From a virus: a stretch of DNA of 61,754 nt. A model generated the notes under the pieces. It worked only from the letters and a program-made list of their open reading frames with translations. It did no database searches and had not been told where the DNA came from. The stretch's first letter is position 1, and each line of letters opens with the position of its first letter. Positions 37,926-45,033 of this stretch are shown here, one piece after another. The DNA lies in the IMG/VR virus record IMGVR_UViG_3300044983_000045, positions 1 to 61,754 of that record. The stretch is one strand, 5' to 3'. A program made the position numbers and the translations under genes.

Positions 37926-38213
37926 GTGAAATTCACGCGTGACGGCTCGATCTGGCTCGTCCTGTTCATCGGAGGACTGGCCGGGTTTCTCGGCGGTCAC
38001 TTCGACCTGTTGGCGAAAGCCTTTCCAGGCATCAGTGCGGCGTGGGAAGCCCGCGTTGAACTCGTGTCCACCCTCTCTGGCTTCGTTGGAGCCTATCTCC
38101 GTATGAGTCCGGCATCGTTGTCGGCTAGCAACGTCATGGCCTCATCAGAGCACGCAGAAACACTCGGGATTGCGGGCGGGGTAAAGACGCCTGATAAGGA
38201 CGCCAGACTATGA
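37926..38213 (+). CDS. Membrane protein (holin/antiholin candidate)
   Basis: GTG 37926. The N-terminal TM is GSIWLVLFIGGLAGFLGG and a second hydrophobic segment is LVSTLSGFVGAYL. The stop overlaps the next ATG. Confidence 0.5.
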   Translation: MKFTRDGSIWLVLFIGGLAGFLGGHFDLLAKAFPGISAAWEARVELVSTLSGFVGAYLRMSPASLSASNVMASSEHAETLGIAGGVKTPDKDARL

Positions 38214-38671
38214 AAGCTAAGTTCGTCTTCCTCGCGCTGCTGTTCCTGCCGCAGATGGTGTCGTGTCAGACGCTCCAGGTGGAGCCTGTTCCGGATTGGG
38301 CCAGCTATGCGACCGCGGCGGTGAATCCGACCGTCGCGGCGGTCCAGGCGTTCCGCTCAGAGCACCGTTGGTGTCGGCTTGGTCAACTCGGCCTCAGCGA
38401 ACTCGTCGTCAACGGCTCAACGCTGACGTTGAAACACTTCATCCGTTCGGCGCGGCCTTGTCTAGGCTGTCCACCTGACGGATTCCCGTCTGGTCATACA
38501 GCGAATTCGGTCATTGGCATTTCGTCAGGCTGGCAAGTGGGGATGACCTTTCCAGTGAGCACGGCGGGATTGCGAATGGCGGCGCACCGACACACGCCGA
38601 TGCAAGTGCTGACCGGGGCGCTCCTCGGGGCGGGTTCTGAATACGTCGGGCATTTACTGAGGTGTGAGTGA
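38210..38671 (+). CDS. Secreted PAP2-superfamily phosphatase
   Basis: Signal peptide MKAKFVFLALLFLPQMVSC. PAP2 motifs KHFIRSARP (KxxxxxxRP), PSGH and RMAAHRHTPMQ (SRxxxxxHxxxD with D->Q). Confidence 0.7.
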   Translation: MKAKFVFLALLFLPQMVSCQTLQVEPVPDWASYATAAVNPTVAAVQAFRSEHRWCRLGQLGLSELVVNGSTLTLKHFIRSARPCLGCPPDGFPSGHTANSVIGISSGWQVGMTFPVSTAGLRMAAHRHTPMQVLTGALLGAGSEYVGHLLRCE

Positions 38672-38759
38672 TGGCGGAAGGTACAGGAATCGAACCTGTG
38701 CGCGCCGAAGCGCGGCCTCCGGTTAGCAACCGGGCGCGATGCCTCTCTGCCAACCTTCC
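38672..38759 (-). tRNA. tRNA-Ser (anticodon GCT), class II
   Basis: The reverse complement is GGAAGGT-TG-...-CCGG-TTGCTAA-CCGG-[long arm GGCCGCGCTTCGGCGCGC]-ACAGG-TTCGATT-CCTGT-ACCTTCC-G-CCA. Folded by eye, 88 nt with encoded CCA. Confidence 0.8.
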
Positions 38760-38764
38760 GAAAA

Positions 38765-38843
38765 TGGTGCGCGAGGTGGGACTTGAACCCACAAAATCTC
38801 CACGGTCTGAACGTGGCGCCTTTGCCAATTTGACCACTCGCGC
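38765..38843 (-). tRNA. tRNA with anticodon CAG (Leu codon CUG) but a short (7-nt) variable region
   Basis: The reverse complement is GCGCGAG-TG-GTC-AAATTGGCAAA-GGC-G-CCACG-TTCAGAC-CGTGG-AGATTTT-GTGGG-TTCAAGT-CCCAC-CTCGCGC-A-CCA. The D-arm is Leu-type (3 bp, 11-nt loop) with A73. Confidence 0.65.
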
Positions 38844-38852
38844 ATTCGAAGA

Positions 38853-38929
38853 TGGTTCGAACGGTGGGAGTCGAACCCACACTAGACAGGCTCTCAACCT
38901 GTTCCCTCTGCCAATTGGGGTACGTTCGA
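38853..38929 (-). tRNA. tRNA with anticodon GAG (Leu codons CUC/CUU) but a short (5-nt) variable region
   Basis: The reverse complement is TCGAACG-TA-CCCC-AATTGGCAG-AGGG-A-ACAGG-TTGAGAG-CCTGT-CTAGT-GTGGG-TTCGACT-CCCAC-CGTTCGA-A-CCA. It has a U1:A72 pair and A73. Confidence 0.65.
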
Positions 38930-38930
38930 A

Positions 38931-39007
38931 TGGTGGGCCGCGCAGGATTCGAACCTGCACCTGTACCGCTTTTGAGACGGTGGCCTCTGCCGTTGGGCTA
39001 GCGGCCC
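38931..39007 (-). tRNA. tRNA with anticodon CAA (Leu codon UUG) but a short (6-nt) variable region
   Basis: The reverse complement is GGGCCGC-TA-GCCC-AACGGCAG-AGGC-C-ACCGT-CTCAAAA-GCGGT-ACAGGT-GCAGG-TTCGAAT-CCTGC-GCGGCCC-A-CCA. Confidence 0.65.
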
Positions 39008-39021
39008 GACGTATTCAGTTG

Positions 39022-39112
39022 TGGCGGAGAGAGGGAGGATCGAACTCCCAAGAGGTTGGTTACTCGGTGGTTTTCGGGACCACTGGACTTGCCGGCCGTG
39101 TCCAATCTCTCC
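39022..39112 (-). tRNA. tRNA-Ser (anticodon CGA), class II, with C at position 33
   Basis: The reverse complement is GGAGAGA-TT-GGAC-ACGGCCGGCAA-GTCC-A-GTGGT-CCCGAAA-ACCAC-[long arm CGAGTAACCAACCTCTTG]-GGGAG-TTCGATC-CTCCC-TCTCTCC-G-CCA. Confidence 0.7.
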
Positions 39113-39199
39113 GCAAAATTACAGTAAGCGACTGCGCAACTGCAGTCGCACGCTGGAACTTAGCGATGAGAGAAGTCGAAACACAAGGAGCATTTTAGC

Positions 39200-39775
39200 A
39201 TGAATATGCAGTTTGGCGATGCGGACTGGTACGACATGGTCGCGGGCACGATTTTGGCGCTGCACGCGGAGAACGGGTATCCCCCCACGTTACACACGTC
39301 CGGGCACATGTTCTACATGGCGCGTGACGTGCCGGGAACCGATGTCAACGCGCTCCGGGCGTGGCTGTTGACGCAGCCGCGTCCGACACCTGTTCCGCAG
39401 CCTGTGCCTGTCCCTGTGCCAACGCCAACTCCAGTCCCTCCGCCTGCCGGTGGACCGATGCCGAATCGGAAGGACGAGGTGAAGATGATCTGCGATCTGC
39501 ACCCAGAAGCCTTCCCAGAAGGCGACGATGACGCGCTGAACGCCGCGCGACTCAAGCTACTGAGGACAGTCATCATCCCGACGCTGAACGCGCTCGACGG
39601 CGGTCAATGGGGATTACTGATGAAGAAGGACCAAAACGACAAAATCCCCGTGGATATTCTGGTGTGGCGTCCCACAGCGGCGACGGAATACATCGATGTC
39701 ATGAGCGGGACAGGCGCCACATGGCAACATCGGGACAATCCGAACCCGAGTAAGTGGGTCTGGGTCGCGGCCTGA
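39200..39775 (+). CDS. Hypothetical two-domain protein with Pro-rich linker
   Basis: AAGGAG lies upstream of ATG 39200. The linker is PRPTPVPQPVPVPVPTPTPVPPP. No catalytic motif recognised. Confidence 0.55.
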   Translation: MNMQFGDADWYDMVAGTILALHAENGYPPTLHTSGHMFYMARDVPGTDVNALRAWLLTQPRPTPVPQPVPVPVPTPTPVPPPAGGPMPNRKDEVKMICDLHPEAFPEGDDDALNAARLKLLRTVIIPTLNALDGGQWGLLMKKDQNDKIPVDILVWRPTAATEYIDVMSGTGATWQHRDNPNPSKWVWVAA

Positions 39776-39776
39776 T

Positions 39777-39956
39777 TCAGTGGACTCTTGCACCTTCGGG
39801 GAGTGGAGCATTGAACGCGGCTATTTGTAGTTCGCGCTTCACAACTCGGCCACATGCGCGGCATTCAGGCCAGCGGTTCCACATTGGTGATGGGCGACAA
39901 GTTTCAGGCATGAGCGGATCAGGAACGAACGGCTTCTCGCATTCGCAGTATTTCAT
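39777..39956 (-). CDS. Small Cys-rich (zinc-ribbon-like) protein
   Basis: GGAAGGA lies 5 nt upstream of ATG (minus strand) at 39956. MKYCECEKPF...CRPSPMWNRWPECRACGRV. It is convergent with the preceding gene, in a locally lower-GC stretch. Confidence 0.5.
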   Translation of the reverse strand: MKYCECEKPFVPDPLMPETCRPSPMWNRWPECRACGRVVKRELQIAAFNAPLPEGARVH

Positions 39957-40083
39957 CGTGTCCTTCCGCGCAGAGAGCGAGTAGATGGTAACACAGGAAT
40001 GGGTGGGTCGGTTGATGCTGGAACGTCTCGATGCCCCCATCGAGATGATCAGCCGATCCGCTCAGCGTAGGAAGTAGGAACCC

Positions 40084-41547
40084 ATGACAGATCCTCTCGT
40101 ACAGTCCGGCGATCTCGTCTACCAAGGCTCATTCAAACTGCCGAACATCGGCAGCACAGACGCTGAAGGGTTTCCCTACGGCGGGTCTGCGCTGTCCTTT
40201 GATCCGATTCGGCAGTCGCTGTTCCTCGTCGGGTTCGAGCTCGCGCACAAGGTGGCAGAAGTCTCCATCCCGGCACTCGGCGGTGTCGCGACCCTTCTAC
40301 AACCCCTCTCCGATGTCACAGAAGGCGCCCTGCCATCGGTGAATCCCGGCGATCCGAACGGTTCACGCATCGGTGGGTTACTGCCGTGGGGCGCGAAACT
40401 CATCGTCTCGGCCTACGCCTACTACGATGCGAACGGGACGCAAGTGCTGTCGCATTTTGTCTCTGGTCAACCTCTCGCAACGACCGGAGATTTATCGGGA
40501 CCGTTCCAAGTCGGTTCCGCTCCGGTCAAAGCGGGTTACGTGTCGGGCTACATGGGCGTGGTTCCTCCAGCGTGGAGAGCGGCGCTCGGTGGACCAGCGT
40601 TTACCGGAAACTCCGCACTGGCGATTGTGACACGCACGTCCCAAGGGCCAGCGGTCTGCACGTTCGATCCTGACAACATCGGGGTCAAGGTGCCGTGTCC
40701 TGCGACGCCGTTGGTCTACTACGATCCGTTGCATCCGCTCGGCCAGTATTCGATGGCGAATCCGTACTACAACGGATCAACCGAAATCCGCGGCGTCGTG
40801 ATGCCGGAAGGTTCACGGTCGGTGCTGTTCTTCGGTCGGCACGGGATGACGTTCTGCTACGGAGCGGGGACGACGAATCAGGCGCTCGATCAGCAACCTG
40901 TTCCGAACGAACCCGGCGTTCACTACTGCTACGATCCTGAAGATCAATCAAAAGGGACACACGGGTATCCCTACAAAGACTACGTGTGGGCGTATGACGC
41001 CAATGACCTCGCGGCCGTCGTCGCTGGCACGCTGAAGCCGTGGGAACCGAAACCGTACGCGACGTGGGACATCACGTTCCCGACGAAAGGCGCCGGGACA
41101 CACATCAACGGCGCGGCCTACGATCCGGCGACGAATCGACTGTTCCTGAGCCAAGCGAAGGCCGACGGCGACAAACCGCTGATCCATGTGTTCATGGTCG
41201 GATCGGGCACTGTCGTGACGCCGCCGCCACCGCCGCCGCCTGATCCGATTCCCGTGCCGCCGCCGCCGCCACCTCCACCGCCTGTGGTGACGGTGCAGAG
41301 TGCGACGCTGGTTCCGAGAATATGGACGCTCACCGTGACGGATGTTCCCCCGGATTCAACGGGTGGGTGGTCGGTGCAGTTCTATCGGGCGCCGGGGATT
41401 GTGCTTGGTGGGATCGATGCGTCAGGACCGTATACCCGCTCAGCCATTGTGTCGGCGGGCACCTATCTCGTCACGGCTGTGTGGACGAAGGCAGGGCAGC
41501 CGACGGTGACGCGGAGCCCGAAGACGATGGTGTGTCCAACACCGTGA
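40084..41547 (+). CDS. Hypothetical large beta-rich protein with poly-Pro linker and C-terminal Ig-like domain
   Basis: 487 aa. The linker PPPPPPPDPIPVPPPPPPPPP is encoded at 41221-41283. No signal peptide or catalytic motif recognised. Confidence 0.55.
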   Translation: MTDPLVQSGDLVYQGSFKLPNIGSTDAEGFPYGGSALSFDPIRQSLFLVGFELAHKVAEVSIPALGGVATLLQPLSDVTEGALPSVNPGDPNGSRIGGLLPWGAKLIVSAYAYYDANGTQVLSHFVSGQPLATTGDLSGPFQVGSAPVKAGYVSGYMGVVPPAWRAALGGPAFTGNSALAIVTRTSQGPAVCTFDPDNIGVKVPCPATPLVYYDPLHPLGQYSMANPYYNGSTEIRGVVMPEGSRSVLFFGRHGMTFCYGAGTTNQALDQQPVPNEPGVHYCYDPEDQSKGTHGYPYKDYVWAYDANDLAAVVAGTLKPWEPKPYATWDITFPTKGAGTHINGAAYDPATNRLFLSQAKADGDKPLIHVFMVGSGTVVTPPPPPPPDPIPVPPPPPPPPPVVTVQSATLVPRIWTLTVTDVPPDSTGGWSVQFYRAPGIVLGGIDASGPYTRSAIVSAGTYLVTAVWTKAGQPTVTRSPKTMVCPTP

Positions 41548-41726
41548 AAGCGAAGCCGGTCACGCTGTATTGTTCGAGGTGTGAGACGGGGTATATGAGC
41601 CGTGGAGAGCTGCCGACGATTTGTCCTGAATGTCGGTTAGCGCCAAGTTGGACGACAACGCCGCCCTATCGTCTGTCGGTGAATGACCGGAGATTTCTGC
41701 GCCAGCTACACATTGACCCGGCGTAA
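41544..41726 (+). CDS. Small zinc-ribbon protein
   Basis: GTG 41544 overlaps the upstream TGA. CSRCETG...(13)...CPEC. Confidence 0.45.
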   Translation: MKAKPVTLYCSRCETGYMSRGELPTICPECRLAPSWTTTPPYRLSVNDRRFLRQLHIDPA

Positions 41727-41903
41727 GGACCATTCGCTGGAGCGCCAGCTACACCCTCTCAGCGCCCCAGCGGAGGCAGGTGCGTGATCACCGCGATCAT
41801 GGTGGCAAGGATCACCAACCAGAGCAGGATCTGCAACCACAGGCCGGTCTTCACAGTGATTCCGCACGCAGCCGGCGCACGAACCAGCGGCGGTAGGCCG
41901 TTG

Positions 41904-43034
41904 TCATGGGCAGTTCTTCACGAGCCATGCCCTCAGTCTCGGATCGACCGCATCGGCGGGCCATGTCTGCACCTCGCGATCGTGATCGAGCGTACCACGC
42001 GCGCACGGAGCGTACTGCGGCAGAATCGTCCCGAACGTCAACGCAGCCCACACGACCGCCGTCCAGATCCCGATCGCCACAGCCACACGTCGCGGCGCAC
42101 GATGTATGACTTCCGCGAGCAGCCACGCCAGCATCAGGATCAGACCGTGCCAGCGGTTCGGAGCACTCCGCGCGATCAGCGGCAGATTCCACAGAAGCAG
42201 GCAGACGATTGGCGCGACCCACCAACGGCCAGGCGCACGCGCTACGGCGACGCCGACGAGCAGGAGTACTGGAATACCCGCGACGAGGCCGAGCGGACTA
42301 TTCAGCCAGAGGAGCTCGCGCAGGCCGCGCCACCACATCGCGCCGGGATCCGGCACGCCCGGTCCGCCGAGACCGTGGAGAGTGAGCCAACGGACGCCGA
42401 CTGCCGCGACGGCGAGCGCCACCGATCCGATCACCCACCGCCGCGGCCACGACACACCACGCGCCCACCACAGCACGGCCAGCATCGGCGTCAGCATCGC
42501 GCCGTCTTCCTTCAGCAGGATCGCGGCGGTCTGCAACAGTAGGAGCGCACCGACCGCCTGTGGGTTGACCGTCGCCAGCCAGCACGCGCCGGCCACGTCG
42601 AGCAGGAGTAGGAGGTGCATTTGGTTCGTGATCCAGATCGCGCCGGACGTCGCGAACCACGGATGAACGGCCAGGAGGACAGCGGCTGCGGCTGCGGCCA
42701 ACGGCGAGACGCCCGCCGCCGTCCACCATCGCCAGCAGATCCACAGGAGCAGACTATTCAGGCCGATCGAGAGCGCGTGCAATTCTTGGGCGGAGAAGCC
42801 CACGGTCCAAGACCGCAGCGCGAACCAGGCGATCGTGAGCGGGCGATAGTAGGCGTCCTCGATGCCGAACGTGTCCCACGGGCCAGTGAACGCGCGGCCG
42901 ACGTCGGTAAGTGTGTAAATCCGGACGAAGTGATAGTCGTCCCAATCGAAGCCGTAGCTGAGCGTGATGCCGTAGAACAGCCACGGCAGCACCAGCATCA
43001 GCGCTATCAGAAGGGCCGTCGACCAACGTTGCAC
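41904..43034 (-). CDS. Polytopic membrane glycosyltransferase (GT-C fold; ArnT/PMT/Gtr-type-like)
   Basis: About 10 predicted TM helices. The first periplasmic loop has FDWDDYHFV...AYYRPL (acidic DD/DxD-type motif as in GT-C enzymes). The start is uncertain: I use GTG 43034, because the longer ORF to 43247 translates the tRNA fragment. Confidence 0.55.
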   Translation of the reverse strand: MQRWSTALLIALMLVLPWLFYGITLSYGFDWDDYHFVRIYTLTDVGRAFTGPWDTFGIEDAYYRPLTIAWFALRSWTVGFSAQELHALSIGLNSLLLWICWRWWTAAGVSPLAAAAAAVLLAVHPWFATSGAIWITNQMHLLLLLDVAGACWLATVNPQAVGALLLLQTAAILLKEDGAMLTPMLAVLWWARGVSWPRRWVIGSVALAVAAVGVRWLTLHGLGGPGVPDPGAMWWRGLRELLWLNSPLGLVAGIPVLLLVGVAVARAPGRWWVAPIVCLLLWNLPLIARSAPNRWHGLILMLAWLLAEVIHRAPRRVAVAIGIWTAVVWAALTFGTILPQYAPCARGTLDHDREVQTWPADAVDPRLRAWLVKNCP

Positions 43035-43072
43035 TACAGGTAAGGCTATCCCCTTAGCGCGGGAGACTGCGT

Positions 43073-43087
43073 GGGAGACTTTCGCCG
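43073..43087 (+). repeat. 15-nt direct repeat GGGAGACTTTCGCCG, left of the attP core (integrase arm-site candidate); a partial copy GGGAGACT is at 43061-43068
   Basis: An exact second copy is at 43304-43318, on the other side of the tRNA-like core. Confidence 0.45.
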
Positions 43088-43197
43088 GTCTGTGCTGGTC
43101 AATTCCGGTGAGATTCGGACTATAGGCCGTGTCGGTGTTGTGAGCGTCTTTCGGCCGGATCAGGCCGGTATTTGTTGAAGTATTAGCGTTTTTGTGA

Positions 43198-43243
43198 TGG
43201 AGCGGGCTACGGGGATCGAACCCGTGTCCGAGGCTTGGGAAGG
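43198..43243 (-). other. attP core candidate: 3' half of a tRNA-Gly(CCC) gene (anticodon loop to CCA)
   Basis: The reverse complement is TTCCCAA-GCCTC-GGAC-ACGGG-TTCGATC-CCCGT-AGCCCGC-T-CCA. There is no matching 5' half (upstream TTGACC cannot pair with GCCTC). It abuts the integrase stop codon. Confidence 0.6.
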
Positions 43244-44347
43244 TCAAGAGGCTTGCCGTAAGCCGCCGTGTTTGCGCGGTTTACGGTTTTCGGTGGACTT
43301 CTGGGGAGACTTTCGCCGTTGTTCCTGTGCGCGGGCCACGCTGAACGCCTTGGCCGCTGCCTGATCGACCGTCAGATTCGCACCTTCTGCATATCGCGCG
43401 GTCACGGTCGATCCTTCCGCGTGTCCGAGGAACCGCGCCACCGTCGCGAGATCGCGCGTCAGCCGGTAGATTTCACGGCCAAAGCTGTGACGCAGATCAT
43501 AGAGACGGACGCGCGGATCAAGTTTCAGTCGTTTGATGGCTCGTTTGAACGAACGGTTCAACGCTTCAACGGCGAACGTGCCGTAGGCGTTGGCGGTGTC
43601 GAACGCGCGCAACGCTCGGATGCCTTGAACGGTCAGCGGGATCGTCCTGGCGGCGACGCCACGGCCCTTCTTGCGGGCAATGAGCCGGACGCTCGCCCCT
43701 TTGAAGTTCACGTCGTGTGGTGTCAACGCCTGGAGCGCAGCCGGCGACATCCCGGTGTAGGCCAGCACGGCGACACGCAACCGTCCGAGCGCGGGCTTCG
43801 GTACGGCGTCGGGCTTCACGTCCTGCTGTTCGGGCATCACCTCGAGGATTCTGGCGATCGTCCGGTAGTCGATACCGCGAGACTCGGGTTTCGGCACGCG
43901 AGGATTGATTGAGGCACGGACGGGGTTGCGCGCGTGCTTGCCGTCGAGCAGGACGAACAGGGATTGCAGCGCCGTACGTCGCTTGCGAACGGTGACTGGA
44001 GACAGACCGGACGCGAGCCAGCCCTGGAGCACTTGATCGATTTCGGCCGGCGTGATGGAACGGCGTGAGCGGTTGGCTCCGAGTGCGTCGAGCCAGAGCG
44101 CCAGATGTTTTGCCCGCTGCTTGTAGGACGGCATTGCTGAGACGCGGGAGAGGTATTCGGCCACGTCCGCCGCGAACGTCCCTGCCTTTGCGCCGCCGTG
44201 GAGCTGGATCTGATCCTCGCGCCATTCTTTCATCGTGGCGAGTTCGGTGTCGTACTCGAACTGCTTGGTGTAGAGCTTGCCGCGGACACGGATTTCGGCA
44301 CGCCAGCCAGATCGTCGCCGCGTGATCCCGATGACCTTGCGTGCCAT
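43244..44347 (-). CDS. int: Tyrosine integrase
   Basis: N-terminal SAM-like domain, then a C-terminal catalytic domain with LYDLRHSFG...ATVARFLGHAEGSTVTARY (HxxR ... H ... Y). Confidence 0.9.
   Translation of the reverse strand: MARKVIGITRRRSGWRAEIRVRGKLYTKQFEYDTELATMKEWREDQIQLHGGAKAGTFAADVAEYLSRVSAMPSYKQRAKHLALWLDALGANRSRRSITPAEIDQVLQGWLASGLSPVTVRKRRTALQSLFVLLDGKHARNPVRASINPRVPKPESRGIDYRTIARILEVMPEQQDVKPDAVPKPALGRLRVAVLAYTGMSPAALQALTPHDVNFKGASVRLIARKKGRGVAARTIPLTVQGIRALRAFDTANAYGTFAVEALNRSFKRAIKRLKLDPRVRLYDLRHSFGREIYRLTRDLATVARFLGHAEGSTVTARYAEGANLTVDQAAAKAFSVARAQEQRRKSPQKSTENRKPRKHGGLRQAS
43304..43318 (+). repeat. 15-nt direct repeat GGGAGACTTTCGCCG, right of the attP core (inside the int 3' end)
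   Basis: Exact copy of 43073-43087. Confidence 0.45.
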
Positions 44348-44350
44348 CTC

Positions 44351-44713
44351 CTACCAGCCGCGCTGCTTGCCTTCGGCGACCATCGCTTCCAGTTCGGTGT
44401 TGCACGCCTTCGCTGCGGGAACGGTGAGCGGGACGTTCACCCATGCATCGCATCGCCGATGCCAGTCGGCGCGACGCAGTTTAAAGGCCTCAAGGTCAGG
44501 ATCGGGACGAGCAGTCAACGAACTGAGGACGATCACTATAAACCCGACACCCATGACGGCCATGAATGCCGCGCCGATAAATCGTGGCCATGTGTTCTCG
44601 ACAGCATTGCTGACTGGCGCCGATGTCGTCTTATCGGACAAATCGGAACCGCAGTAGCGGCACCTGATCGCTGCGTCCTGGATGTCTTCCGCGCAGAATG
44701 GGCACGCTTTCAT
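44351..44713 (-). CDS. Zinc-ribbon membrane protein
   Basis: GGGAGAAGG lies upstream of ATG (minus strand) at 44713. [25 protein letters not shown], then [21 protein letters not shown]. The stop is 3 nt before the int start. Confidence 0.6.
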   Translation of the reverse strand: MKACPFCAEDIQDAAIRCRYCGSDLSDKTTSAPVSNAVENTWPRFIGAAFMAVMGVGFIVIVLSSLTARPDPDLEAFKLRRADWHRRCDAWVNVPLTVPAAKACNTELEAMVAEGKQRGW

Positions 44714-44738
44714 GGCCTTCTCCCTTACCGGACATGGC

Positions 44739-44951
44739 TCAGCCTGGTTGTTCGTGTTCCTGTTGTTCGGCGCGAGGCAGACGAATGCGTTCCTCGTGGG
44801 CAAATTGCGCCAGCACGCGAAGCACCACGCCGCGGTCGTGCGCCGCCAACATCTGGACATCGTTCACGAGTTGGTTGACGAGTTGTCGCGTGTCGTTCGA
44901 TGGTCTGATCTTCATGCGGGGACGTGGCATAAAGGAGAGGAGGTCGTGCAT
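44739..44951 (-). CDS. Hypothetical small protein (first gene of the int operon)
   Basis: 70-aa ORF with G/C-rich third codon positions, co-directional with and adjacent to the downstream genes. Confidence 0.4.
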   Translation of the reverse strand: MHDLLSFMPRPRMKIRPSNDTRQLVNQLVNDVQMLAAHDRGVVLRVLAQFAHEERIRLPRAEQQEHEQPG

Positions 44952-45033
44952 GGGTGCGCCTTCCTAGTTCAGGGATCCTAACGGAAGGCATAGTGTAAAT
45001 CGATCATCAAGGTTCCGTAACGGATCTAACCAA

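Noticed and set aside
37505-37929. Single 141-aa + strand gene (MKCCLAGLWVV...CPKCG...CNTCSHSWRQL)
   Set aside because: The ATGA/GTGA coupling and the C-terminal Zn-ribbon support it. Its middle part is Arg/Cys-rich, and the antisense ORF 37519-37794 looks more protein-like. It is kept as an open question in the findings rather than a feature.
38668-39198. 176-aa + strand ORF spanning the whole region after the PAP2 gene
   Set aside because: It is the antisense translation of five consecutive minus-strand tRNA genes. It has no coding signal of its own.
39200-39775. Endolysin assignment for the 191-aa two-domain protein
   Set aside because: The position and the Pro-rich linker are suggestive, but I could not recognise a catalytic or cell-wall-binding motif. 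It is left as hypothetical.
41221-41283. CCG/CCA-rich simple repeats (also at 17117-17146 and 39381-39440) considered as CRISPR-like or non-coding microsatellites
   Set aside because: They are in frame within long ORFs and encode poly-Pro or Pro-Val/Thr linkers. There is no repeat-spacer structure, and no CRISPR array is present in the window.
43198-43243. A functional tRNA-Gly(CCC) gene
   Set aside because: Only the anticodon loop, 3' anticodon-stem strand, T-arm and acceptor 3' strand are present. No 5' half can be paired, so I treat it as an attP core rather than a gene.
43035-43247. N-terminal 71 codons of the long minus-strand ORF 41904..43247 (MTFPSLGHGFDPRSPL...)
   Set aside because: This part translates the tRNA-Gly fragment and the AT-richer attP arm. 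The hydrophobic protein proper begins near GTG 43034.
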